From Alkanindiges illinoisensis DSM 15370 (GTDB taxonomy: Bacteria > Pseudomonadota > Gammaproteobacteria > Pseudomonadales > Moraxellaceae), in NCBI RefSeq assembly GCF_000619845.1, contig NZ_JHUX01000003.1, positions 210,001 through 242,000 of the forward strand: a DNA stretch of 32,000 nucleotides, written 5' to 3'. Positions 15,476 through 21,992 of the stretch are shown here, piece after piece. The notes beneath the pieces were generated by a model that did no database searches, was not told where the DNA came from, and saw only the letters and a program-made list of their open reading frames with translations. Made by a program: the position numbers and the translations under genes. Numbering within the stretch: position 1 is the stretch's first letter; every line of letters starts with the position of its first letter.

Positions 15476-15911
15476 TTTTAACTCCTAATTTTTGTGATTG
15501 ATCACTGAAAGTAACCATAGCCTGATCCTGTACCTTGACTTCAATAACGTGCTGGTGGTGATGTTGATGCAAAATTTCATGTTCAACGCAAGTCGTGACC
15601 GCCTTAACCACCAGTTCATTTAAGTTGATACCATCCTGATAGGCTTTTTCAGCGGCCTTGCGATGTAATTCGGCACCTAAACGTACATTAAAACTTCCAC
15701 TGAACGGTTTTTCTGGCTGAATACCTTTACCTTGGCAATAGTCCAGATAACTATCCACAGCTTCTTTAAACGCTGCCTTTAGTTCATCCATCGTATCGCC
15801 GCAGTACAGTATTTTGGATTGGATATAAAGAATTTCACCTACCAGGCAGTTATCCTCAACGCTTGGTTCAATAGATCCGGTAAAACCTTTATATTTATAA
15901 ATGTTATTCAT
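15459..15911 (-). CDS. hicB: HicB-family antitoxin with a C-terminal ribbon-helix-helix and a His-rich extension
   Basis: 'YKYKGFTGSIEPSVEDNCLVGEI' matches the HicB N-domain. 'GSFNVRLGAELHRKAAEKA..GINLNELVVKAV' is an RHH element. The tail contains 'HQHHHQH'. Confidence 0.8.
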   Translation of the reverse strand: MNNIYKYKGFTGSIEPSVEDNCLVGEILYIQSKILYCGDTMDELKAAFKEAVDSYLDYCQGKGIQPEKPFSGSFNVRLGAELHRKAAEKAYQDGINLNELVVKAVTTCVEHEILHQHHHQHVIEVKVQDQAMVTFSDQSQKLGVKNVTFS

Positions 15912-15913
15912 GT

Positions 15914-16180
15914 TTATGCTCCGATACCTAAAGATTTAAGAAACATTCTCGCTTTTTTGACATACTCAACCTTAAGCTGATCGTCTGGATGCGGCTTAAG
16001 AAATTGTAGAACTACGGCGGGGTTGTCGGCTTTATAGAAAATGCAGTGAGAACTTCCCCGGCCATTAAACTCAAGTGTAAAGCCAAGCTGGTTCATCAGC
16101 GTGACAAAATCTTTCCACTTAAAGTTTTTAGGGGGTGGATCAGCAAAAAAGCGAGTTAATAACTTATCAGCTTTGGTCAC
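15914..16180 (-). CDS. hicA: HicA-family mRNA interferase toxin
   Basis: The string 'FKWKDFVTLMNQLGFTLEFNGRGSSHCIF' fits the dsRBD-like HicA fold with its conserved GS-H motif. It uses a GTG start and lies 2 nt upstream of hicB. Confidence 0.8.
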   Translation of the reverse strand: MTKADKLLTRFFADPPPKNFKWKDFVTLMNQLGFTLEFNGRGSSHCIFYKADNPAVVLQFLKPHPDDQLKVEYVKKARMFLKSLGIGA

Positions 16181-16204
16181 TTATTCTCTCTTTAAAGTGT
16201 AAGT

Positions 16205-16229
16205 TTTGCAACTAGATTTTAGTTGCAAA
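16205..16229. promoter_or_regulatory. 10-bp perfect inverted repeat upstream of hicA (candidate HicB operator)
   Basis: TTTGCAACTA-gattt-TAGTTGCAAA lies 25-49 nt upstream of the hicA GTG. The motif differs from the CI operators. Confidence 0.55.
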
Positions 16230-16307
16230 TAAGTGCTTAATACATCCAAATTTTGAAGCAATTGTGTAAAAATGAATTAACCTTTTACCTGTAACCCATT
16301 TCTAAAC

Positions 16308-17129
16308 TTACCAGCGATCTACCGTTGACCACCAAAATACCCAGCCCAATACCCTAAAATCATTGAGCTTATCGCCGAATAAATCTTCGTCCTCATATTC
16401 ATCACGGTTATGGCTACGCAGTCTTACACCGCCACCAGGCAGGCGATACAGGTATTTAATCCGCAACATGCCACCATGGAACATGGCGTATATTTTCCCA
16501 TCCCTAATGGGCAATTGGGCTTTACTGATGTCTATGCCAATGGTCGCGCCATCCCGGATCAAATCTTCCATGCTCGTGCCACTATTCTTGGCACAGGCTG
16601 CATCTTCAATTCGCACACCAGCTGCTTCCAGTGTTGCGCGCAGGAAACGTAATTTACGTTGGGCATTCATACCCACCTGAATCAGGAAAGACCCATCACC
16701 AGCAGCAAAAGACACATCATCAAAAAAGGGCAGATCTACTTCATCTGGATCAGGTTCATCACCATCTTCCCATGGCTCCAAGGCCATTAAATGACTTTTC
16801 CATGGTTCACCTTGAATTTGACCTTGCGACTGGCCAGACTGGCTTTGGGTCATGTTGCCCATGCTTTGGGATTGGGAGAGTGGGCGCATCTCACCTACAC
16901 CTGAAAGTAACCATTCAGCATTAATTCCAAGAAAAGCTGCAATAAGGGGAATCTTAGACGTTTCTGGAATTGCCTCACCATTAATCCATTTACCAGCACC
17001 TTTATCAGAGACACCAAATTCTTTACTTAAAACACGAGCACGCCCACGTACTGGATATCCTTGTTCATCCATTGCCAAGTTAAGACGACTGGCAAATTCC
17101 TCTTTGACTTTTTCAAGTTCACTTTTCAT
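16308..17129 (-). CDS. cI: CI-type prophage repressor (HTH plus LexA/S24-like autocleavage domain)
   Basis: The HTH is 'LSKEFGVSDKGAGKWINGEAIP'. An Ala-Gly site lies in 'FAAGDG', the Ser nucleophile in 'GTSMEDLI', and the Lys in 'LRIKYLY'. A Gln/Ser-rich linker is present. The gene is divergent from cro. Confidence 0.85.
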   Translation of the reverse strand: MKSELEKVKEEFASRLNLAMDEQGYPVRGRARVLSKEFGVSDKGAGKWINGEAIPETSKIPLIAAFLGINAEWLLSGVGEMRPLSQSQSMGNMTQSQSGQSQGQIQGEPWKSHLMALEPWEDGDEPDPDEVDLPFFDDVSFAAGDGSFLIQVGMNAQRKLRFLRATLEAAGVRIEDAACAKNSGTSMEDLIRDGATIGIDISKAQLPIRDGKIYAMFHGGMLRIKYLYRLPGGGVRLRSHNRDEYEDEDLFGDKLNDFRVLGWVFWWSTVDRW

Positions 17130-17167
17130 AAAAAATACTCAAATACTTTTTTCTTCATTTATTCAAA

Positions 17168-17239
17168 TGAACCATAGGTTCAATCATGAATTATCTTGAA
17201 AGAACTTTCAGTTCCTGATATTGTTGAACCTAAAGTTCA
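17168..17239. promoter_or_regulatory. OR operators: three 15-bp palindromes between cI and cro
   Basis: TGAACCATAGGTTCA lies at 17168-17182, AGAACTTTCAGTTCC at 17201-17215 and TGAACCTAAAGTTCA at 17225-17239. Confidence 0.8.
17196..17224 (+). promoter_or_regulatory. PR-like rightward early promoter (-35 TTGAAA, 17-bp spacer, -10 TATTGT)
   Basis: Read directly. One operator occupies the spacer and another covers the predicted start site. Confidence 0.55.
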
Positions 17240-17255
17240 ATATTGGGTTTAAATT

Positions 17256-17486
17256 ATGCAAACTATCAAAGAGGTCATCAGTCAGGCTGGTGGGGTTCCT
17301 GTAGTTGCAGAAGCTGTAAATTTGTCTGAGCGGGCAATTTATAAGTGGATAAACAGAAATTCTTTACCTCGTTCTGAGTACACAGGTGAAACCACATATT
17401 CAAAGAAAATTTCTGAGCTCACCTCTGGCCAGCTTGCCCCAGAAACCTTGCTAGAAATTGGTCGGCCAAAACCAGCCACCGCCTAA
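17256..17486 (+). CDS. cro: Cro/YdaS-like HTH regulator
   Basis: The string 'VAEAVNLSERAIYKWINRNSLP' is an HTH. It is the first gene rightward of the operator cluster and divergent from cI. Confidence 0.75.
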   Translation: MQTIKEVISQAGGVPVVAEAVNLSERAIYKWINRNSLPRSEYTGETTYSKKISELTSGQLAPETLLEIGRPKPATA

Positions 17487-17508
17487 CCATCCACAGGAAG
17501 GATTCACC

Positions 17509-17760
17509 ATGGGGAAAGGACGTCGCCGCAACAGGGGAAACAACATGCGCCAAGTCGCACGGGGCAAGAAAGACGCCTCTATCACCGTACACATGCCGCA
17601 AGGCGTAAAGGATCGCTTAGTCGGTCTGGCTGATTGCCAGCGTGCAGGCCAAGGGGCCAGTGAGTACACCTTTGAAAATCTAATCATTCCTCATCTCGAA
17701 CAAATCGAACATGAAACGAAGGTTAGACAAAAGATTTTTGGTTTAACAGGGAACGAATAA
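17509..17760 (+). CDS. Small basic protein with a ribbon-helix-helix-like segment (83 aa)
   Basis: An AGGAAGGA RBS precedes ATG 17509. It has a basic N-terminus ('GKGRRRNRGNN') and 'ASITVHMPQGVKDRLVGLAD' fits a beta-strand/helix RHH pattern (inference). Confidence 0.5.
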   Translation: MGKGRRRNRGNNMRQVARGKKDASITVHMPQGVKDRLVGLADCQRAGQGASEYTFENLIIPHLEQIEHETKVRQKIFGLTGNE

Positions 17761-17806
17761 AACGATGCGCAGCACAGCGACCGCAACAAATCTAGGCAAT
17801 AAAAAA

Positions 17807-17835
17807 CCCCATTAGCAAGCTAACAGGGCTTTTTA
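17807..17835 (+). terminator. Imperfect hairpin plus CTTTTT after the RHH-like gene (tR1-like)
   Basis: The structure is CCC-a-TTAG-caag-CTAA-ca-GGG followed by CTTTTT. Confidence 0.4.
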
Positions 17836-17836
17836 C

Positions 17837-17858
17837 GTTCGTTGCGTCAACAACGAAC
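17837..17858 (+). other. Second, perfect 8-bp hairpin GTTCGTTG-cgtcaa-CAACGAAC without a T-run
   Basis: Read directly. It follows the terminator-like hairpin immediately and lies 30 nt before the next gene. Confidence 0.4.
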
Positions 17859-17887
17859 AGTACAGCTAGTCGAAAGGAAATTTAACC

Positions 17888-18316
17888 ATGAGTATAGAAG
17901 CAAGTCAATCAACCATCCGTCCACTCACCAACAAGCAGCATGTGGTCGATACTCCGTGTAAGAAATGCGGCACCTTTGTCCGTAATTTTAAAACAAATGC
18001 CTGTATTGAATGTGACCGGATCAGGAACCGTGAAGCCTATAGGGCCAAGCATCCTAAGACTGAGCAAAAGTCTAAGCCCTTGCCAGTAGTACAACCAGTG
18101 CCGGCACCCAAAAAACCCGGCACACCACCCAAACCATCAGCAGAAGCGCATGCCATTAATTCTGCATTATTTGCCAAGCCTGAACCTGTGCAAAAAGGCG
18201 GGGTGTTAAAGCAGCCAACAACTGATGCGGATAGATATTCAGTCAGTGAGCGCTTGGCAGCTGACATGGAAGCCTTTTTTGCTAAAGGTGGCAAAGTGAG
18301 CCAGGGGGCAGCATGA
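17888..18316 (+). CDS. Zinc-ribbon protein (CxxC..CxxC), hypothetical
   Basis: The zinc ribbon is 'PCKKCGTFVRNFKTNACIECDR'. The middle is Pro-rich. The C-terminal motif 'FFAKGGKVS' is shared with the 54-aa ORF at 19418. Confidence 0.55.
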   Translation: MSIEASQSTIRPLTNKQHVVDTPCKKCGTFVRNFKTNACIECDRIRNREAYRAKHPKTEQKSKPLPVVQPVPAPKKPGTPPKPSAEAHAINSALFAKPEPVQKGGVLKQPTTDADRYSVSERLAADMEAFFAKGGKVSQGAA

Positions 18317-18792
18317 GCATACAAGCAAGTCAATTAATAGCGAATCTGGGTGGACGGGCGGCAGCTCACCAGATCCGCAAGCAGGCCCCAGTGGGCGCTG
18401 CATATATCGCCCAGTATCAGCTGGCTGGTGGTCGCATTACCCATTATTACGATGACCGGTTCCGACTTTATCAAGACGGCCATTGGGCTTTTGTGGGTAT
18501 TCAGCAATATGCCGGTATCAAAAACAACAGCATGTTTACTACCCAGTGCGAGTTACGCGATCTGCATAAAGCGCTGGAATCATTGCCAGCTGCCAATCTT
18601 GATAAAACACCGGATTGCCCTAAATGCAGTAACACCAAAGTTTTGCTGACTGCATGCCAGGATCATGTTGTACGGCTTGCCGAGCAGAACCTCAACAAGT
18701 GCAATGGCCGCTGGTGGTGGCGCGCCACTGCCATATTTTTCTTTGCTCTAAATATTATCCAGATGGCCACTGGCCAAGGATGGTCACTATGA
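18313..18792 (+). CDS. Hypothetical protein (159 aa)
   Basis: It overlaps the upstream gene as ATGA. It contains a 'CPKCSNTK' Cys pair. Its first 25 nt are 22/25 identical to the start of the preceding gene. Confidence 0.5.
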   Translation: MSIQASQLIANLGGRAAAHQIRKQAPVGAAYIAQYQLAGGRITHYYDDRFRLYQDGHWAFVGIQQYAGIKNNSMFTTQCELRDLHKALESLPAANLDKTPDCPKCSNTKVLLTACQDHVVRLAEQNLNKCNGRWWWRATAIFFFALNIIQMATGQGWSL

Positions 18793-19424
18793 ATCGTTAT
18801 GAAGAACGGCCGACTAAAGCACCCAATTTGCAGCTACTTGAGGTGCACCAGTATCACCAGCTGGCCTTAAACCTGCTGGAAGAAATGATGGAAGTTTGCC
18901 GCGCTAACCTGCGTAAAAATGACCATCCGGTTAAAAATGCCATGGTGCTGCGGGATGCCTGGCGCAAACAGATGGTTAAGAAATTCAAGGTGGGTTACGA
19001 ACAGGCCTTGTTAATTGAAAAAAGCCTTCACCAGCATGATTGCATTGAGTTTTCACTGCAATACACTTACCCAAAAGTTAAAGAGGAAGCCAAGTCAGTT
19101 GAGCTGACACTGGCCGAAAAATTCTTTTGTCAGGCTTGCAAAAAATATAAAGGCATCCCGCATAGCTACCGTCGCTATTACGTGGGCGACCAGGTTAACT
19201 TTACCCAAAAAGGCCAGGCTGGTGGTATTGCCACAAATCAGGTGGGCAGCATTCAGGCCATTATCGGCCGCATGTTCGAGATAGCCACAGCTACTCGGTA
19301 TGTTCATCAGCACATGGATAGCGTGACCCCGATCTGGGCACCCACACCACTCATGTATAGCAGTTTTGGCCAGTGCTGGTGTGACATCGATCCAGAGTAT
19401 TTGCCAGGGGGTGCTCAATGCTAA
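18789..19424 (+). CDS. Hypothetical protein (211 aa)
   Basis: ATG 18789 overlaps the upstream stop as ATGA. The longer track start at 18654 would overlap the previous gene by 139 nt. Confidence 0.5.
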   Translation: MNRYEERPTKAPNLQLLEVHQYHQLALNLLEEMMEVCRANLRKNDHPVKNAMVLRDAWRKQMVKKFKVGYEQALLIEKSLHQHDCIEFSLQYTYPKVKEEAKSVELTLAEKFFCQACKKYKGIPHSYRRYYVGDQVNFTQKGQAGGIATNQVGSIQAIIGRMFEIATATRYVHQHMDSVTPIWAPTPLMYSSFGQCWCDIDPEYLPGGAQC

Positions 19425-19582
19425 GGCACCCTATTAAACCTACAGTCAACAATCACGTGGACGAGTTTATCGCCACCGGTGGCAAAATTAGTCCAGCCAC
19501 CAATTCCGGAAAACTCACCATTGGCCAACAGGCCGAGCGAGATCGAGCACGCTGCCGTAGCGTCAAGGGGCGTGCTGCATGA
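19418..19582 (+). CDS. Small hypothetical protein (54 aa; below the ORF-track cutoff)
   Basis: Hand translation gives MLRHPIKPTVNNHVDEFIATGGKISPATNSGKLTIGQQAERDRARCRSVKGRAA. It overlaps the upstream stop region, and its own stop overlaps the next ATG as ATGA. Confidence 0.5.
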   Translation: MLRHPIKPTVNNHVDEFIATGGKISPATNSGKLTIGQQAERDRARCRSVKGRAA

Positions 19583-19764
19583 GCTTCCATAGAATTCCCC
19601 GTCGAGGTAATAAGCCCCGGCCATTATCAGCTCGTGAACTCCGGGAGCAGACTTATTTCCAAAAGATCAATTTAGAGAAAATCGCAGCCATTGATGCTTA
19701 CATTCTGGAATGTGAGAAGCAGGGCGGCGTAACCGTTTTATTTACAGCCCAGGCTGTCAAGTAG
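19579..19764 (+). CDS. Hypothetical protein (61 aa)
   Basis: The ORF is coupled by an ATGA overlap and has a basic N-terminus. Confidence 0.45.
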   Translation: MSFHRIPRRGNKPRPLSARELREQTYFQKINLEKIAAIDAYILECEKQGGVTVLFTAQAVK

Positions 19765-19774
19765 GGAGTTTGCA

Positions 19775-21004
19775 ATGACAGCACCATTAATACCCGACAA
19801 CATTGATTTGCGGGACTTTGCCTATATGCCACTGGATGTGGTGAGGTTGCGTGATAGTGACTTTACCGCGCTCACCAGTGCCGAGGCATTTCGTTCAGGC
19901 CTGCTGCTGTGGTGTGCAGCCTGGCACCAGGTTCCAGCAGGCAGCCTGCCAGCTGACGACCGTGTGTTATCCAATCTGGCCGGCTATGGCCGTGTCGTTA
20001 AAGAATGGCTCAATATTAAAGACGAGGCACTACATGGCTGGGTACTATGCGAGGACGGCCGCTATTATCATCCAGTTATCTGTGAAAAAGCACAGGAAAG
20101 CTGGGCAGGCAAACAACGTCATCACTACGCTAAATTTGCAGATCGCCTACGGAAAGCCAATAAGAAACTGGAAGAAAGCGGACTGCCATCCGTAGAAATT
20201 CCAACGCTTGAATTATGGATTGCCGCAGGAAGTCCAGCAGAATGGCAAACTATTTCCGAAGATTCCAAGCCTAATTCCAAAGAATCCGGTAATCATTCCA
20301 CTGGAAATAAAAATAGTTCCGGTGGAAATCCTACGGAAAATGCTCTTAAGGGAAAGGGAGAAGTAAGGGATAGGGAAAGGGATAATATATCTTTAGAAAA
20401 AAATAAAAAAAATCCCGATGGGTTTTTAACGGCAGAGCAGGCAAGTGCATTGTGGGTACCTAACCTTGAGCACCTCAACAGCTTGATGGCCGAAAGGAAT
20501 TATCCACCTGTTGGCCAGACAGAGCTGGACGATCAGCTTGCAGACTTCAACCGCAACAACCACGGTAAGGGCCACACTGAAAACCAGCTCTATTTGCATC
20601 TTCGTGTCTGGATCGTGAATGCCCGGAGAAAAGCTCAAGTTCAACCAGCTGGCCAAAAACCAGCGAAACCCTCAAAACCGCAACAGCAAAAGGATACTTC
20701 GCAGTTCCAAACAGAATCACCTATCCCTAAAAACCCAGTTTTTGATGATATGGCAGATTGGGAACAGTTTGGCTGCGGCTACACCGTAGGCCAGATCCGC
20801 GAGAATATTCAGGAAGGGGAAACCCCGGAGAAGTGTCTTGCTCGGCTGATCAAGGGCAAAGTGGCCAACGATACCATGGCCAAGCAGCTTGAGCGTGAAG
20901 CAGAGCAGGCCGCACAGCAGGAAGCCCAGCAACGTGCAGCACAGGCCGAGGCTGACCTACTGGCCAAACAACAACAGCGCCAGCCTAGATCAGGTGCAGC
21001 ATGA
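19775..21004 (+). CDS. DUF1376 (YdaU-like) replication-associated protein
   Basis: The N-terminal string 'DFAYMPLDVVRLRDSDFTALTSAEAFRSGLLLWCAAWHQVPAGSLPADDRVL' is characteristic of DUF1376. A low-complexity linker encoded by repeat/AT-rich DNA follows, then a Gln/Ala-rich C-terminus. Confidence 0.75.
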   Translation: MTAPLIPDNIDLRDFAYMPLDVVRLRDSDFTALTSAEAFRSGLLLWCAAWHQVPAGSLPADDRVLSNLAGYGRVVKEWLNIKDEALHGWVLCEDGRYYHPVICEKAQESWAGKQRHHYAKFADRLRKANKKLEESGLPSVEIPTLELWIAAGSPAEWQTISEDSKPNSKESGNHSTGNKNSSGGNPTENALKGKGEVRDRERDNISLEKNKKNPDGFLTAEQASALWVPNLEHLNSLMAERNYPPVGQTELDDQLADFNRNNHGKGHTENQLYLHLRVWIVNARRKAQVQPAGQKPAKPSKPQQQKDTSQFQTESPIPKNPVFDDMADWEQFGCGYTVGQIRENIQEGETPEKCLARLIKGKVANDTMAKQLEREAEQAAQQEAQQRAAQAEADLLAKQQQRQPRSGAA

Positions 21005-21180
21005 TTTATTGCCAGCAAACACACCGTTACTACAGCACCATCGGTGGCTGGTGGCCATGCGAAGTGACAGCACTACTTTCCATGCACCGGGATGGATATA
21101 CACCATACCAAATGGCTTTTGTACTGGATCGGTCTTATTACGCGGTATTTAGCAAGCTAAACAGACTGGTGGCCAAATGA
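21001..21180 (+). CDS. Small Myb/GcrA-like HTH protein (59 aa; below the ORF-track cutoff)
   Basis: Hand translation gives MIYCQQTHRYYSTIGGWWPCEVTALLSMHRDGYTPYQMAFVLDRSYYAVFSKLNRLVAK. It has ATGA overlaps at both ends. It follows the 'W..E...L.....G.....A..L.RS..AV..K..RL' pattern. Confidence 0.5.
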   Translation: MIYCQQTHRYYSTIGGWWPCEVTALLSMHRDGYTPYQMAFVLDRSYYAVFSKLNRLVAK

Positions 21181-21374
21181 AGCCAGTTAGTGACTCGCTT
21201 GCCGGATCTGCCCTAGTACTGGCCCAGCTGGAGCTGGCAGTTCGGGAAGCGCGAGAAATGTTTAAACAGCGCTGTGCTGAAGAAAATTTAAGTGACTATC
21301 ACATTTACGAAATACAACAAACCGCCAAGGTGGCTGTTAAGCGTCAATTGCAGGGGGTATTAAGTGAAATTTAA
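21177..21374 (+). CDS. Hypothetical protein (65 aa)
   Basis: The ORF is coupled to the upstream ORF by an ATGA overlap. Confidence 0.45.
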   Translation: MKPVSDSLAGSALVLAQLELAVREAREMFKQRCAEENLSDYHIYEIQQTAKVAVKRQLQGVLSEI

Positions 21375-21561
21375 GACTTTTGGAAATCTGATGTTGTTAC
21401 TCCAGATTTTCATATTTGCCATTAGCCTTTTAGCTTTTATGGTTCGGCCAGGGCTGGCCACTTTTATATTTGTCCTTGGCTATGTCGGCTGGTTATTTTT
21501 TTTGGCTACGGAAATGGCAAGGGATGAGCGTTTACATGATGAATGGGAGCGCCTTAATTGA
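21364..21561 (+). CDS. Small membrane protein (two predicted TM helices)
   Basis: It uses a GTG start with an AGGGGG RBS. The hydrophobic stretches are 'LMLLLQIFIFAISLLAFMV' and 'FIFVLGYVGWLFFLA'. Confidence 0.5.
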   Translation: MKFKTFGNLMLLLQIFIFAISLLAFMVRPGLATFIFVLGYVGWLFFLATEMARDERLHDEWERLN

Positions 21562-21980
21562 CCAGCATGTCTATTGAGGAGTACCGCCGCAGGTTTGCTC
21601 CAGCGGCGAAGTCAGGCAAGCAGGCCAAGCCTAAAAAACCCTCTAAATATAACAATCAGGCCGTGGAAATTGACGGTTTTAAGTTTGATTCAAAAAAAGA
21701 AGGTCAGCGGTATCAGGCTTTAAAACTGCTGGTACAGGCTGGCCAGATCACGGATCTACGCATGCAGGTTAGTTATGTACTAAACGAGGCCGTTAAATAC
21801 GAAGGGGAAAAGCGAAAAACACCAGCAATGAAATATATCGCAGATTTTGTCTATACCGATGCTACTGGCCAGCTGGTGGTTGAGGACGTGAAAAGTGCAG
21901 TTACCCGTAAATTGCGGCCATACCGCATGAAAAAACATTTGATGCTGACGGTGCACGGCATTGAGATCAGGGAAGTTTAA
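21558..21980 (+). CDS. DUF1064-family protein (PD-(D/E)xK-like nuclease / resolvase candidate)
   Basis: The strings 'KYNNQAVEIDGFKFDSKKEGQRYQALKLL..GQITDL' and 'KYIADFVY...VVEDVKS' fit the DUF1064 pattern. The start is either TTG 21558 (TTGA overlap) or ATG 21567. Confidence 0.7.
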   Translation: MTSMSIEEYRRRFAPAAKSGKQAKPKKPSKYNNQAVEIDGFKFDSKKEGQRYQALKLLVQAGQITDLRMQVSYVLNEAVKYEGEKRKTPAMKYIADFVYTDATGQLVVEDVKSAVTRKLRPYRMKKHLMLTVHGIEIREV

Positions 21981-21992
21981 GGGGTAATTATT

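Noticed and set aside
18654-18792. A possible programmed frameshift or fusion between the 159-aa ORF and the long version of the next ORF. Both frames are open for 139 nt, and the alternative frame is Cys/His-rich.
   Set aside because: I saw no slippery heptamer or downstream structure. The ATGA coupling at 18789 explains the arrangement more simply. It remains untested.
19421-19624. A 67-aa minus-strand ORF in the early-right operon.
   Set aside because: The same interval is covered on the + strand by a 54-aa ORF that fits the stop/start coupling chain of the operon. The minus-strand ORF has no RBS or promoter context.
20889-21152. An 87-aa + strand ORF overlapping the end of the DUF1376 gene.
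   Set aside because: It overlaps the DUF1376 gene by more than 100 nt in another frame. The 59-aa ORF at 21001-21180 has ATGA overlaps at both ends and an HTH-like sequence, so it is preferred.
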